Assembly (NCBI GenBank): GCA_043228905.1
Contig: JBHGNT010000007.1
Coordinates: 14,136,001 to 14,200,000, forward strand
Source of the DNA: Azolla caroliniana
Taxonomy: Eukaryota > Plantae > Polypodiophyta
Reading direction: 5' to 3'
Length of the DNA stretch: 64,000 bases
Positions within the stretch are counted from its first letter, which is position 1, and the number at the start of each line of letters is the position of its first letter. The translations under genes and the position numbers were made by a program. A model generated the notes under the pieces. It made no database searches, was not told the DNA's origin, and worked only from the letters and a program-made list of their open reading frames with translations. Shown in pieces: positions 24,380-38,648 of the stretch.

Positions 24380-27300
24380 TGAAAGGACTACACGCTCTTA
24401 AAACAACGCTCGGCCACAACCGAGTCTAGGATCAAACACAGAAAAACAGATAATGTACGCACGACACAGTAAAGAGAAGAGTACACAGGATGTTTACGTG
24501 GAAAACCCAAACACGGGAAAAACCACGGCAGTCCACAGACTGCAAACTATCACTATGTTACAATGTACAATAGATGAACATAGAGGCAACGACCTCTTGC
24601 TCACTGTCTTCGCCACAGGCGGCGGTTACAACAAAGACAACGTCCTCTTCGTCTCTCACTCTCTCTCTCTGTACACAGTTGCACTCAAAATCTTGCACCA
24701 ACAAGAATGAATACAACTCCATACTAAGTTTTCCCTAAGTCATATTTATACTAATATGACTTTTCAGCTATTTACAAATATAGCCCCAATGGACTCTTAG
24801 AAACATATTTACGAATATGTCCCTTCATCTAGTGAGCACTCCTCATCCGGCTTGCATCATCCGGCTCTTGCTGGGCACTCGTCATCCGGTTCTCACCGGA
24901 CCTTCCTTGCCGGGTACTCATCATCTGGTTCTCACCGGGTCTTCCTTGTCGGGTACTCATCATCCGATTCTCACCGGGTCTTCCGTTGCCAGGTACTCAT
25001 CATCCGGTTCTCACTGGGTCTTCCGTTGCCGCGTACACATCATCCGGTTCTCACCGGGTCTTCCGTTGCCGGGTACTCCACATCCGGATTCGGCCTCGAC
25101 CGAGTTGCTCATCCACACTGTTCTTCTCACTTCCCATCCGGAGGGACCTATTTCCTAACAAACTCCCCCTTCACTCCGGCATGGGATGTCTTACTAGTCT
25201 GATCCGCTTCCGACATGCATCCAGCTGGTCGAGTATCAGTACTTTGGTCAGCATATCTGACCTGTTCTCGGCCGTGTGGATCTTCGTCAGCACGAACTCT
25301 CGATCTTCTACTCGCTCCCGGATCCAGTGATACCTACGCTAGATGTGCTTCGTCTTGGAATGGTACGTTGCGTTCTTAGCAAGGTGGATGGCACTTTGAC
25401 TATTGCAATGGAGTCGGTATTCATCTTGCCGGACACCGAGCTCTCCGATGAAGTCCTTCATCCATAATATTTCCTTGCCGGCTTCCACAGCCGCCATGTA
25501 CTCCGCCTCCGTGGTTGACAACGCAACCGTCTTCTGCAGCCTTGACTGCCATGAGACAGCTCCCCCTGCATATGTCATTACATACCCGGATGTAGACTGG
25601 TTGGTATTCACATCAGCTGACATGTCCGAATCGGTAAAACCGTCAAGTTGAGGTTTACCGGAGCCGAACCGAAGACACATATTCGAAGTGCCCTTCAGGT
25701 ACCGGAGTATCCATTTGACCGCGTTCTAGTGCTCCTTGCCGGGATTGCTCATAAACCGGCTCACCACTCCGACTGCGTATCCAATATCCGGTCGAGTACA
25801 GACCATTGCGTACATCAAGCTCCCGACGGCAGAGGCATATGGAACCTTCATCATATCAACCTTCTTTGCTTTCGTCTTTGGGCTTTGCTTGCCGGATAGT
25901 CTGCAGTTTGCCAGGAGTGTTGATTCGACCGGTTTTGCTTTTAACATGTTGAGCCGCTGAAGCACCTTTGTCATGTATTTCTCCTGTGATAGCCACAATT
26001 GCTTCGTTGGCCGGTCCCGAATGATATGCATCCCCAGCATCTGTCTTGCCGGACCCAAGTCTTTCATTGCGAAAGTTCGGTTGAGAGCCTTCTTCAACAT
26101 CCGTATTTTGGCTTGGTCCCGTCCGACGATCAACATGTTGTCCACGTACAGAAGGAGTATCAGGAAGTCGCCTCCTTCAAACTTCTTCACAAACACGCAG
26201 TGATCGGCCTGTGTCTTGTGGTACCCTTGATCGGTCATGAAGGAGTCGAACTTCTGGTACCATTGTCGGGGAGCCTGCTTCAGTCTGTACAGGCTCTTCT
26301 TCAACTGGCAAACCAGGTGCTCCTTCCCTTTCTCCACGAATCCTTCCGGTTGCTGCATGTAGATCTCCTCTTTGAGGTCACCGTGAAGGAATGTCGTCTT
26401 CACGTCTAGCTGCTCTACCTTGAGGTCCATGCTTGCCACTATACTCAGCACCGTCCGGATGGAGGTCATCTTTACTACCGGGGCAAATATCTCGTCAAAG
26501 TCCACGCCCTTCTTCTACTGGAACCCCTTCACCACGATCCTGGCTTTGTATCTCGGGGGTTTGTCGGCATCTCCTGGTTTCAACTTGTACACCCACTTGT
26601 TTTGGAGTGCCCGCTTTCCTTTCGGCAACTCCACCAATTCGTACGTATGGTTCTCATGCAGGGAATCCATCTCATCCTGCATGGCACTTAACCATTTGCG
26701 GCTGTGGGTGTCATCCTTCACTTCTTTGAAGCTTTCCGGCTCTCCCTCATCGGTCAGCAGCACATGCTCTGCATCCGGAAATCTCTGGGGGGCCCTTCTC
26801 TCTCTGAGAGGATATCTTCGTCTTTGGCCTTCGGCAACCGACTCCACTATTTGTTCTTCATCCGAATCCGATTCTGGGTCTTGGCCAGTTCCGATTTCAA
26901 CTTCCTCTACTTCTTCTTCTGCCGGTTTGGTATCCTCACCGTAACCGGCTGGTTCCTCGAGTGTCAACCGGCTCTTAGCCGGGTGTGTCCGAATCTCATC
27001 GTAGTTCATTATCTTCTTCTCCAACTCCCAGTCTGCAAGAGTCTTGTCCTCCATGAAGATAATATCTCGACTCCGGAAAGCCTTCTTGTCAACCGGATCC
27101 CATAATCTGTAGCCGAACTCATCATCGCCGTATCCGAGGAATATGCATGGCCGGGTCTTTGGGTCCAACTTTCCTCTCCGGTCCTTAGCAACATGCACGT
27201 ACACGAGACACCCGAACACCTTTAGGGGCCGGTAGGACACTTCCTTACCGGTCCACACCTTCTGCGGTGTGTCTCCATCCAAGGGCACTGAGGGTGATCT

Positions 27301-30026
27301 GTTTATCACATACGTCGATGTCGACAACGCCTCAACCCAAAACGTCTTGGGTAATTTTGAATGTGCCAGCATACTCCGGACCCTCTCCATTATGGTCCAG
27401 TTCATCCTCTCGACTAGCCCGTTTAGTTCCGGCGTCTTCGGCACGGTAAATTCGAGCCGGATTCCCTTCGAGCGATAGTACTCCTCGAACTGCCCCCGGT
27501 ATTCACCTCCGTTATTTGCTCGAACCGCCTTCAGCTTCCGGCCGGTTTCTCTTTCCACTCTCGCGTGGAGCTCTTTGAAGACGGATAACACCTGATCCCT
27601 TATCTTCAATGGTGTGGCCCACAGCTTCCGGATGTGGTCATCTATGAACATCACGAAGTACTGCGATCCGGCATGTGACTTCGTGTCCACTTGACATACA
27701 TCAGTATGCACCAACTGCAATGGTGCATTACGTCTCATCGGTGGCCTCGATCGGAAAGAGGTCCGATTTTGTTTACCGGCCAGACACTCAGTGCACTTCT
27801 CCAAGTGCATGTTCTTCACTCGAATGAGGTTGTCGTCTGCAAGCCTCTTCATCCCCTTCTCGCTCATGTGATACAGCCTCTTGTGTCACAACTCACTGGC
27901 AGTGTCGGAAGCCATGTTCACTTCTTCCGAGCATAACCGGGCATTCATCAGGTACAACGTGTTTACCTTCTGGGCCCGAGCTACAATCAGGCTCCCTTTG
28001 CTGAACTTCATAACACCGTTCCGGATGCTACCCGTGTAGCCTTCATCATCTAGCCGACCGGCTAATATCAGGTTCAGACGAACCTCCGGAACGTGTCAGA
28101 CATCCTTTAGCAGCAGCTTGCATCTGGTTGGTGTTGTCAACCACACGTCTCCTATGCCGACAATTCGACATGTACCTTCATTCCCCATCCGGACACAACC
28201 GTGATCACCGGCTGCGTAGGATGAGAAGCATTTCCGGTCCGGGGTAAGGTGGAACGACGCTCCGGAGTCGACCACCCAGGTCATCTCGTCGCCGACAAGG
28301 TTTAGCTCACTCTCCTCGGTGATGAGCATCAACTCTTCTTCACTTGCCACGATTGCCGTCGTTCCCTTCCGGTCCGTCCCCCTCCGATCTTTACCGTTCC
28401 GGTCCGGTGTCCGCTTCGAATCGGTACCATCGGTTTCCTTGTCTTTTCGGAAGTGCCGACAGTTCTTCTAGAAGTGTCCCGGCTTGCTGCAATAGTAGCA
28501 GGTAGGCCTCCCCCTTGACTTTGACCGTGTCCCCGACTTCTCCCGGTTCTGGGGACTACAGTTCCTTTGTCTTCCGCGTTCCGATTTGGTAACGAGCGCT
28601 TTGGAGTCGGAGTTCGTATCCTTGTCTTTCCAACGCGCCTCCTCATCTAGCAAGCTCGACTTCACTCTTGCCAGGGATAACCGTTTCCCTTCTGGCCCGA
28701 CATTGCCCAAAGTGATAACCAACGTCTCCCAGCTATCTGGGAGGGAACCGAGCAGGAGTAGTGCTAGTACCTCATCGGCGAGAGGTACTTCTAATGATGT
28801 TGCCTGGTGGATCAGCCCCTGGAAGGCATTCATGTGCTCTGCCATGCTGGAGCCATCTTGGTACCGGAGTCTTACTAGCTTCCGAAATACCGAAACCTGA
28901 TTAACAACATTTTTGTTTTGAAACATAATGCCTATCTTCTCCTAGAGCTCATGAGCCTTGCTCTCTTCATTGAAGTTGTTGTATAGACTCATGTCGATGA
29001 AGCACCGTATGTACGCTGTTGTCTTCATGTGCATCACCTCCCATATCGTGGCGTCGATTTTGTCCGGTCTCTTGTCCCCAAACTGAACTGGCAACCAAAG
29101 ATCTTTAACCACGAACATGTCCCTCATCTTCGACTTCCACACCGAATAGTTGGAGCCGGTGAGCTTGAACATGCCTCCCAATGAATTGTCCATTTTATGT
29201 GTAACCTCGCTCTAATACCAGTTTGAAAGGACTATGCGCTCTTAAAACAATGCTCGGCCACAACCGAGTCTAGGATCAAACACTAAAAAACGGATAATGT
29301 ATGCACGACACAGTAAAGAGAAGAGTACACAGGATGTTTATGTGGAAAACACGGGAAAAACCACGGCAATCCACAGACTGCAAACTATCACTATGTTACA
29401 ATGTGCAATAGATGAACACAGAGGCAACGACTTCTTGCTCATTGTCTTCGCCACAGGCGGCGGTTACAACAAAGACAACATCCTCTTCGTCTCTCACACT
29501 CTCTCTCTCTCTCGCTCTCTCTCTCTGTACACAGTTGCACTCAAAATCTTGCACCAACAAGAATGAATACAACTCCATACTAAGTTTTCCCTAAGTCATA
29601 TTTATACTAATATGACTTTTCGGCTATTTACAAATATAGCCCCAATGGACTCTCAGAAACATATTTACGAATATGTCCGTTCATCCGGTGAGCACTCCTC
29701 ACCGGGCTTGCATCATCCAGCTCTTGCCGAGCACTCGTCATCCGGTTCTCACCGGGCCTTCCTTGCCGGGTACTCATCATTCGGTTCTCACCGGGTCTTC
29801 CGTTGCTGGGTACTCATCATCCTGTTCTCACCAGGTCTTCCGTTGCTGGGTACTCATCATCCGGTTCTCACCGGGTCTTCCGTTGCCGGGTACACATCAT
29901 CCTGTTCTCACCGGGTCTTCCGTTGCCGGGTACTCCACATCCGGATTCGGCCTTGGCCTATCGGCCTCGACCGAGTTGCTCATCCACACTGTTCTTCTCA
30001 CTTCCCATGGGAACTATTTCCTAACA
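24380..30026 (-). mobile_element. Ty1/copia element D (Tnt1/Tork-like), full length, few stops
   Basis: LTRs 24380-25160 and 29224-30026. TSD ATTCG/ATTCA. PBS (rc gctctaatacca) 29209-29220; PPT next to 25160. gag from 29193 (MDNSLGGMFKLTGSNYSVWK), PR WVVDSGASFH, INT, RT, RNase H. Confidence 0.95.
24872..25090. repeat. 39-40-bp tandem array in U3 of element D LTR (also about 29728-29950)
   Basis: Unit gggtactcatcatccggttctcaccgggtcttccgttgcc, about 5-6 copies in each LTR. Confidence 0.9.
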
Positions 30027-30436
30027 ATTCAGACGGAGGAAGAGGACGCTGCCGTGCAAGAAGAGGCCGATTCGGCCAAGGACGAGGCCGACGAGGCCCG
30101 ACTTACGAAAACAACTCGCAATTTCGGCATCGAGACGGAAGCCATCGAGGAACCTTCGGAAGAAGGGGGAGCTTCCATTCTGGTCCGAACCGACAAAGCT
30201 CGGTCGAATGCGGATATTGTGGAAAAATCGGTCACCACGAAGAAGAATGTCGTAAGAAGATACACGAGTCGGCTTCCACTAGCCGACAACTAACCAACTA
30301 CGCCATCAACTCCGACTATGACGATCGCGGCGGAATGTTTGTGATGAGACATAAAGCGAATTCTATGTCGGCCTCTACTTCTACTAGTGCCTTCGGTTTG
30401 GAAGACGTATGGTTCATCGATTCCGGTGCCTCAAAC

Positions 30437-33400
30437 TGTCGAATACGAGTTTATAATGGCCATATTCACACTGTCCCTTTGGACAACCCATGTTTGGGCT
30501 ATTTCTATAAATAGCATAAAGGGCAGTTGCCCTAGGACAGTCACTATATAAAGTGACTTTGTAACCTTTAGAAAAGGTTGGTTGTCAATCTTTGTAACTT
30601 TTGCTATTGGAATATAACGTTTTCCTTGTGCCTATCTCTCCCTCTCTCTGACTATCTTGCTTATGCGCATACACAAGTTCTTCATCACGAATGTTGCTTG
30701 CACTTCCGCATTGATGGCCTTGTCCCCAGCATTTGGTATCAGAGCGTTGGAGGTTCTTCAACTCGCTGCCGGCCGTCATAGTACACCACACAACATTTTG
30801 TTTCTGTTTTTCTTGAAGAACAGAGAAGAGAGAAGACAAACAGGAAGTCAGCATTTCATTGTGTTAAACCACTAATTGGAGTAAGCTAAACGGCTGTACT
30901 CTATTCCTGTGATTGTAACCACTTGAGGTGAGCTCCTTGTGCAACACCCGACCTAATTGTGCTTCATTTGGTTAAACAACATCCGAATAGGTCATCAGAC
31001 GCTATTCACCCGCTTGTTATAACCACCCACTGCAGATTGGTCTCCTGGCAACAACCAAATTCGTGCTTCATTCGGCTTATCAACATTTGGGAGGATCAGT
31101 TGGATCTGTCGCTCTCATCGCTGTAGTCATCTGAAGCAAAATCGGCCCAAACAATCGTTTTCGTGTAATCGGTAATCGGCATACGATCGGAAGCTAATCG
31201 GGTTCACTCCGACTCGGCAACATTCGGGAAGACCAGCCGGTTTTGTCCCTCAAGTTACCGGAGTCACTCCAAGCAAGTTCAGCAAACAAATATCCAAAAC
31301 CAAGCCGACTCGGGTTCAAAACCGACTAGAACGCTATCGGGTGAGCCAACCGGCTACACCCACTAAGGTTCGTAGTCAACTCCGAACTGGGTCTTCCCAA
31401 CTGAAACCGAATTAGATGGCATCAACATCTGGCTCATCGGAAATGAGTCTAAGGAGGTTCGACGGCTCGAACTTCAACTTCTAGAAGGAACAAATGCAGG
31501 ACTATCTCATAGTCAAGGGTCAGATAGACCCGATTGAGAATGAAAATCCTCTAGAAGCATACAAGGGAAACGAGTGGCTAAAGCTGGACAGAATTGTCCG
31601 CACCATGATTTGGATGCACTTGTCGGAGTCAGTGTACTTCACAGTGCAATCATGCTCGACAACTTTTGAACTATGAAAAACATTGTCGGAAACTTATGAA
31701 AAGAAGGTCGTTGCAACGAAGATGTATCTGATCTAGTGCCTCTACAACTTGCGGATGAAAGAATCCGATTCAGTTTAGGCACACCTCAACGAGTATGAAA
31801 GCATAAGCTCCCAAATCTTGTCTCAGGGGATGGCAATCGAGGATGAACTCAAGGCAATGATACTCATGAGTAGTCTCCCCTCTTCATGGGAAACTTTCGT
31901 TACAACTGTGTGCAATGCTTCAACATCTGCCGTTAAGTACTCTGAAGTCATGAGCACAATCTTGACTGAAGCAGCTCGGAGAAAGTCTTTCGCCAAAGAC
32001 TCGGCAGATGAAGCTTACGTAGTACAAGGTTCGGCCGACCGATCGAACAACCGGGAAAGAAGTTCTTCCCGACCGTCGAACAATCAGCGAAGCCGGAGCA
32101 AGTCCCGGGATAACCGAATCTGCAACTACTATAAGAAATTGAGACACATCAAAGCCGACTACCGGGCACTCAAAGCAAAAACTGACAAAGCTCAGAGAGC
32201 AGATTAGAAGAGTAGCCGACATGAGGAGGTCAACTACGTCGGCTCTTCAGCCGAAATTTTGACGACCGACCCGAACATATTGTCCATAGAGAACCTAGTC
32301 GAATCAGAAGTTCTGCTTATGACTGAGGAATCAAGCACATGGCTCCTAGACTCGGGCGCATCGTATCATGTGACACCTCACCGATCTCAGTTTCGGAAAC
32401 TCGCAGCACTGTGCTATAATCGGAATCGGCACCGTAGAGCTCAACCTTCTGGGCGGCTCTACACTCGTACTACACAACGTCCGACACATTCCTGAGCTCT
32501 CAAGACCCTTGATCTCAGTTGGACAACTTGACGAAGCCGACATCCGTGCTGGATTCTCATCAGGAGGGTGGACACTCCACAAAGGGATCCTCCTGCTTGC
32601 TCAAGGACCAAAGGTACATTCCTTGTATCCTTTATATGTCACACTCAAAGAGGGTGACTTATTTTTGGTTGATATCCCCGTGTCATCGTTATGGCACGGA
32701 CGACATGGACACCTCAGCAAGGCTGACATAATGCACCTATCTAGAGTTGGTTACATCCCCAAACTCTCCTTCTCGGATCACCAATTCTGCGAGCATTGCC
32801 AGTACGGCAAATAGGTAGCCGCATCACACCCGACATCAACACCAAGAGAATCGAGTCCCCTCGATTTGGTCCACTCGAACATCTGTGGCCCGATGCTACA
32901 TCAGTCTCTCGACGGTGCTTCGTACTTCGTCAGTTTTATTGACGACTCGACTCGGAAGGTGTGGTCTTACCCCATCAGAACCAAAGATTGGGTGTTCTCA
33001 ATCTTCTCTGAATGGCTTGCAATGGTCGAAAATCAAACCGGTAGGAAACTGAAATGTTTCCGAACCGACAATGGAGGAGAATTCAAGTCTGAAGAATTCG
33101 TCAAATTTTGCCGGGAACGTGGCATTCGACATGAATATACGGCACCTTATAGTCCGAAGCAGAACGAAATTGCAAAACGTATGAATCGAACGATTCAAGA
33201 ACGCGTAGTATCCATGCTCCAACACTCCACACTGTCGGATGGCTTCTGGGCAGAGGCTCTACTTACAATAGTACACATCATAAATATGTCGCCAAGTACC
33301 TCTAGGACTTAAAATACCTCAGGAAATATGAACCAATAGTACGTCGAATTATGACAAGCTAAGGATCTTCGGCTGCGAGGCGTATGCCCTCATACCGAAA

Positions 33401-35659
33401 GACGACCGTTGGAAACTCGAACCAAGATCAAGGAAATGTGTTTTCCTTGGATATGGGCCCGACGGCGAGATCAGATACTAACTCTGGGACCCTGAGCACA
33501 AACAAATCATCTGAAGTTCGGACGTCGTGTTCAACGAGTCGGCTATGCATAAAACGGTCGAAAGGCCTATTGAAGTCCGAAGGGTAATATTCTCCGAAGT
33601 GCGAACCTTTCATGAAGGCCCAACCCACAACACGAGATTGGTTTCATGGGTAACCGACAACTCTCACACCGAATCCACCGATTCGGCACAACTGAATGGC
33701 TTGGCTCCCAACCATTCAACATCGACACCCGGTGCGACTAGTCCGGTCATACCTTGCAGATCTGAGAGACTATCGCAACCTTCGGAGAGGTACTCTCCTG
33801 GAATTCTCTTTACCGTCGCTGGCGAATCGACGTCTTACGAAGAAGCATGGCATATGGCGATGGAGTCGGAAATGCACTCCATTCGGGCAAACAAGACTTG
33901 GGACTTGGTCTAATTACCGAAGAATCGACATGCTCTTCCATGTAAGTGGGTCTATCGCCTAAAAGAGATGTCTGACTCGACCAACCCAAAGTACAAGGCC
34001 AGATTAGTTGCGAAGGAATTTAGACAAGAATATGGCGTCGACTTCGACGAAATCTTTTCACCAGTGGTGAAAATGACAACCCTTCGTTTCATGCTCGACG
34101 TCGTGGCCGCCGACAACTTGGAGCTGATTTAGCTAGATGTAAAAACGACATTCTTGCACAGTGACCTACGGGAGGAAATCTATATGGAGCAGCCGAAAGG
34201 CTTTGTGGCATCCGGCCAGGAACATCTAGTCTGCCAACTCAGGAAGAGTCTCTACGGCCTGAAACAGGCACCCCGACAGTGGTACAAGAAGTTCGACGAC
34301 TTCATTCAATTGGTCAGCTTCTCAAAGAGAGATGAGGACCACTGTCTCTTCACCAAAATAGCTCAAGACGGGTCTCCCGTCTTCCTCATCATCTACGTGG
34401 ATGACATGCTACTCTCCGGTCGGCATGCCGAAGAGCTCACCGAACTCGTTTGGAAACTACGGTTGAAGTTTGCCATGAAGGACCTCGGTCCGGCAAGACA
34501 CATACTTGGTATGAAGATTAGTTAGCATCGCGATAACCGACAACTTTTCTTGTCTCAAACCGACTACATCAGACGTGTCTTGGAACGCTTCAACATGCAC
34601 TCAGCCAAGCCTACCTCGACCCCGCTCCCCATTAACCTTCGGCTGTCTCAACGAGACTGCCCGACATCCGGTCCGGAGGGGGAAGATATGAAGTCGGTAC
34701 CATATGCACCAGCAGTCAGCTCCCTTATGTACGCGATGGTTGCGACACGGCCTGACATTTCTCACGCCGTAGGATTCGTCAACAGATTCATGCACAACCC
34801 AGGCCGATCGCACTGTAACGCAGTCAAGCATGTGTTTAGATATCTAGCTGGCACAAAAGACCACGACATTCTCTTTGGCCCGAACTCAACCTCAGGTGTA
34901 GTCGGTTACACCGACTCAGACTTCACCGACTGTGTGGACAATCGGAAATCAACAACTGGATACTATTTCAAATTTGGCAACGGAGCAATCTCGGGGAAGT
35001 CGAAACTTCAGGAGTGCACAACCACCTCAACGACCAAAGCGGAATATGTAGCTGCGTCCGATGCGGCAAAAGAAGCTTTATGGCTCGGTCATGGCTCGGT
35101 CGACTGGCGCACACGTTTCGACAAGTTGACCTTGACTCGGCTCCAGTTGTCTACAGCGAGAGTCAGGGTGTTGTTGCTTTGTCAAAGAATCTGGTTCACC
35201 ACAACGCCTCCAAGCATATCGACGTTCGATATCACTTCGTTCGGGACTGCATCATTTTAGGGAAAATCGGACTTGAGAAAATATCCACAACCGATAATGT
35301 CACACATGGAATGACCAAGTGTCTTTCGGCGGATCGTTTCCGGTCCCTTCGGCACCAAATGGGCGTAACGAAAAATCGGTCCGGTTAAAGTCGGACACAC
35401 AGCACATGATGGTTTCGGACCACCGACATCAGTTCTTTGAGGATTGGCTTCAGCTCTTCCAACTCGACCGGTTCGGTCTTCTGTCTTTGGATCTTGCCGA
35501 CTCTAACAAAACCGATATGTTCGATAAACCTTGTATATACCTGTAATTTTTTAGATAACCCATGTATACGCCCATTACGGGGGAGTGTCGAATACGAGTG
35601 TATAATGGCCGTATTCATACTGTCCCTTTGGACAGCCCAAGTTTGGGCTATTTCTGTAA
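30437..35659 (+). mobile_element. Ty1/copia element E (Tnt1-like), 3' LTR truncated
   Basis: 5' LTR 30437-30731, PBS tggtatcagagc at 30734. gag from about 31416, PR WLLDSGASYH, INT, RT (YVDD), RNase H. PPT then 3' LTR from 35586, ending after about 74 bp where host C resumes. Confidence 0.92.
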
Positions 35660-38648
35660 CCGACCCAATTATGTCGAAACCGGAGACGACACTACGCATC
35701 CGATTCGGCACATTGGCAAACTTATATTAAAAATGTCTTGCATGTATCAACTATCACGAAGAATTTGGTCTTCATCGGCCAAATTGTAGAGCAAGGAATG
35801 CAAGTACGATTTAATCAAGGCAGTTGCTTCATCGAAAAAGAGGGCCAACTCATTGCTTGCGGACGAAGAGAGGGTTGAATGTTCATTCTCGACTCACACG
35901 AGATGAAATCGGCCATGTTCGAAAAGGACATGAAAGCCGATTTTGACATAGAGTTATGGCACAAGCGGATTGGCCATATCAACCTCCAAAAGCTCAAGGC
36001 AATGCAATCGAAAGGAGTCGTCATTGGGCTCCCGACATTCACGGAGAAAGAGATTGAAGGCGTGTGTGCCGCTTGCCAATTCGGCAAGCAACATCGGCAC
36101 CCATTTCCGAAGGAGTGGAACGTGAGCAAAGGTGTACTCGACGTAATTCATTCTGATGTATGGGGTCCGGCTCAGATGGCTACATTCGGCGGATGCTGAT
36201 ACTACGTGGCCTTGATCGACGACTTCTCTAGGCACACCTGGATCTACCCCATGCGACAAAAGAGCGAAGTGTTCAGACACTTCCAAAAGTTTAAGAATGA
36301 AGTTGAGAAAGCCACGGGCCGACATGTACGATGTCTTTGGTCAGATGGAGGCAAGGAGTACTTCTCCAACGAATTTTCGGCGTTTCTACGGAAAGATGGA
36401 ATATGGCGAGAGTTTTCGTGTCGACTTACGCCACAACAAAATGGAGTGGCCGAACGAAAGAATCGGCACATCCTCGAAGTAGCATGGGCCATGATGAACG
36501 AAAAGCATGTGCCGAAGTTGTACTGGGTAGAAGCGGCTAACACGGCCGTATATCTCATGAATCGGTGTACGACATGGGGTGTGCATGAACTTACTCCGCA
36601 CGAGAAGTTTTTCGGAAAGGAGCCGGACCCATCACATGTTCGGAAATTCGGCTCCATTGCGTACGTGCACATCCCCGATGGGAAGCGACAAAAGCTTGAC
36701 CCAAAGTCGAAGAAATGTATCCTTGTAGGATACTCATTGGAGCAAAAGGGGTACAAGTGCTACAACCCCTCAACTCAAAAATCTCGAGTAAGTTGAGACG
36801 TCGTTTTCGACGAGTCCGTATCCTGGTACGCACCAGAGACAACTTCGACTTCGATTCCGCTCGACCCGGATTCCACCGAAATAGAGATAGAAGCCAAAGA
36901 TCGACTCACGCGTATGTTCGAAGAAAGCCCAATTACGACAAGGCTTAGTGGGCCACAAGAGCCCCCAAGCGATCAAAGCACATCTCGGCCGAGTCTGAAG
37001 CTGGACAAAGGGAAGGCAAAAATGCCGGAGTATGAAGACGATCATTTCGACGGTATTGAATCGACTCACTCCGTCAATAGTGAGTTTGAAGGCCTTGAGA
37101 TCCGGAAAAATGGACCGGAGAAAGCCGTAGTATCTACAAACGAGAAGCTCCGCCAATCCACCCATGAAAAGAACCCCGTAAGCCAATTCGGCTACAACGA
37201 TTATATGGCATACCATTACGCCTTTATGATGAAGGTAGCGAAAGTACAAGAGCTTGAAACCTTTTCCGAAGCCGCGAGGGCCCGCGATGGATCGAAGCAA
37301 TGACTGAGGAGATGCGTGCACTACGCAAGAATGAGACATGGGATCTCGTTCCCCACTCACCGCACATGAAGGCAATTAGTTGCAAATGGATCTACAAGGT
37401 GAAGTATAATGCCGACGGCTCCGTAAACTGTTACAAAGCTCAACTCATAGAGAAAGGATACACTTAGACGCATGGAGTCGACTATGAAGAGACATTTTCC
37501 CCCATGGCAAAGATGACGACGGTGCGGACCGTAATTGCACTCGCAACGGCGAAAGGGTGGCACCTCCACGACATGGACGTCACGGATGCTTTCCTCCAAG
37601 GCGAATTAGAAGAGGAGGTGTACATAGTACAACCTCTCAACTTCGAATCATGCATTCATCCGAAAGCCGTGTGCCGACTCAAGAGGCCACTCTATGGCCT
37701 CAAGCAAGCACCGCGTGCTTGGCATTCGAAGAATATGCAATATCTTCATAAAATCGGATTTTGAATGTCAAAATCCGACAACTCCCTCTACATACGCCAC
37801 GACTCTAGAAGCCTACTTGTCATCATCCTCTACTTGGATGATTTGGTTATTGGAGGGAAGCATTTAGTCGACATCAACAAGGTGAAGTCCCTCCTCTGCA
37901 ACAAACTCGAGATGACGAACATGAAGGAGCTTCATTACTTCCTAGGCATTGAGGTAATTCGGACTCCGGCCGGCATTATGATCTCTCAACGGCACTACAT
38001 CCTCAACTTGTTATACAAGTTTGGGATGACTGAGTGCAAATCGGTCGCTACGCCTCTTGATTGAAACCTCAAACTAGATGCCGACTCCCGCATAGACGAG
38101 TGCGAGCTGACCCAATATCGTCAACTGATCGGCAGCCTCATCTATCTCACGATCACTCGATCCGACCTTAGCTATCCAGTCAGACTCCTGAGCCAATTCA
38201 TGCAAACTCCGTGAGATATCCATTTCGATTGCGTCAAGTGAGTATTACGATACGTGAGCAACACAATGGATTATGATGTTCTATACACATCAGCCACACC
38301 AATACGACTCCAAGGGTACACATACGCGGACTGGGCAGGCTACAAAGCTGATTGACGATCGACCTCCAGATTTATCTTCTTGCTCGGTAGCGGAGCAATA
38401 TCTTGGAGTAGTAAGAAGCAGCCTACTGTTGCACTTTTGAGTACGGAGGCCGAATACAAGGGCGCAACTGTAGCTACATGTGAAGCCATATGGCTTAAGA
38501 GGATTTTTAAGGATCTGGGCGTCCCCATCAAGGATTAGACTCCCATTTATTGTGACAACATGAGCAATATATATTTGGCTCGGAACCCGGTGTTCCATGC
38601 ACGCACAAAGCACATCGAAGTGCACTATCACTTCATTCGAGAGCGCGT

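Larger units (their letters stand above)
23145..38648 (+). mobile_element. Ty1/copia element C inserted in the 3' LTR of A; hosts D, E and F; 3' end missing
   Basis: 5' LTR 23145-23595, PBS tggtattagagc. gag EKLDRNNFAS (about 23764-24379, resuming 30032), Zn knuckle CGYCGKIGHHEEEC, PR WFIDSGASN. Resumes at about 35660 with INT, RT and RNase H up to 38648. Confidence 0.9.

Noticed and set aside
24872-29950. Regular 40-bp repeats resembling a CRISPR array
   Set aside because: The units are contiguous without unique spacers, lie inside LTRs, and there are no cas genes; the context is eukaryotic.
29612-30514. 300-aa ORF from the ORF track
   Set aside because: A chimera of the D LTR repeat array, C gag/protease and the E LTR.
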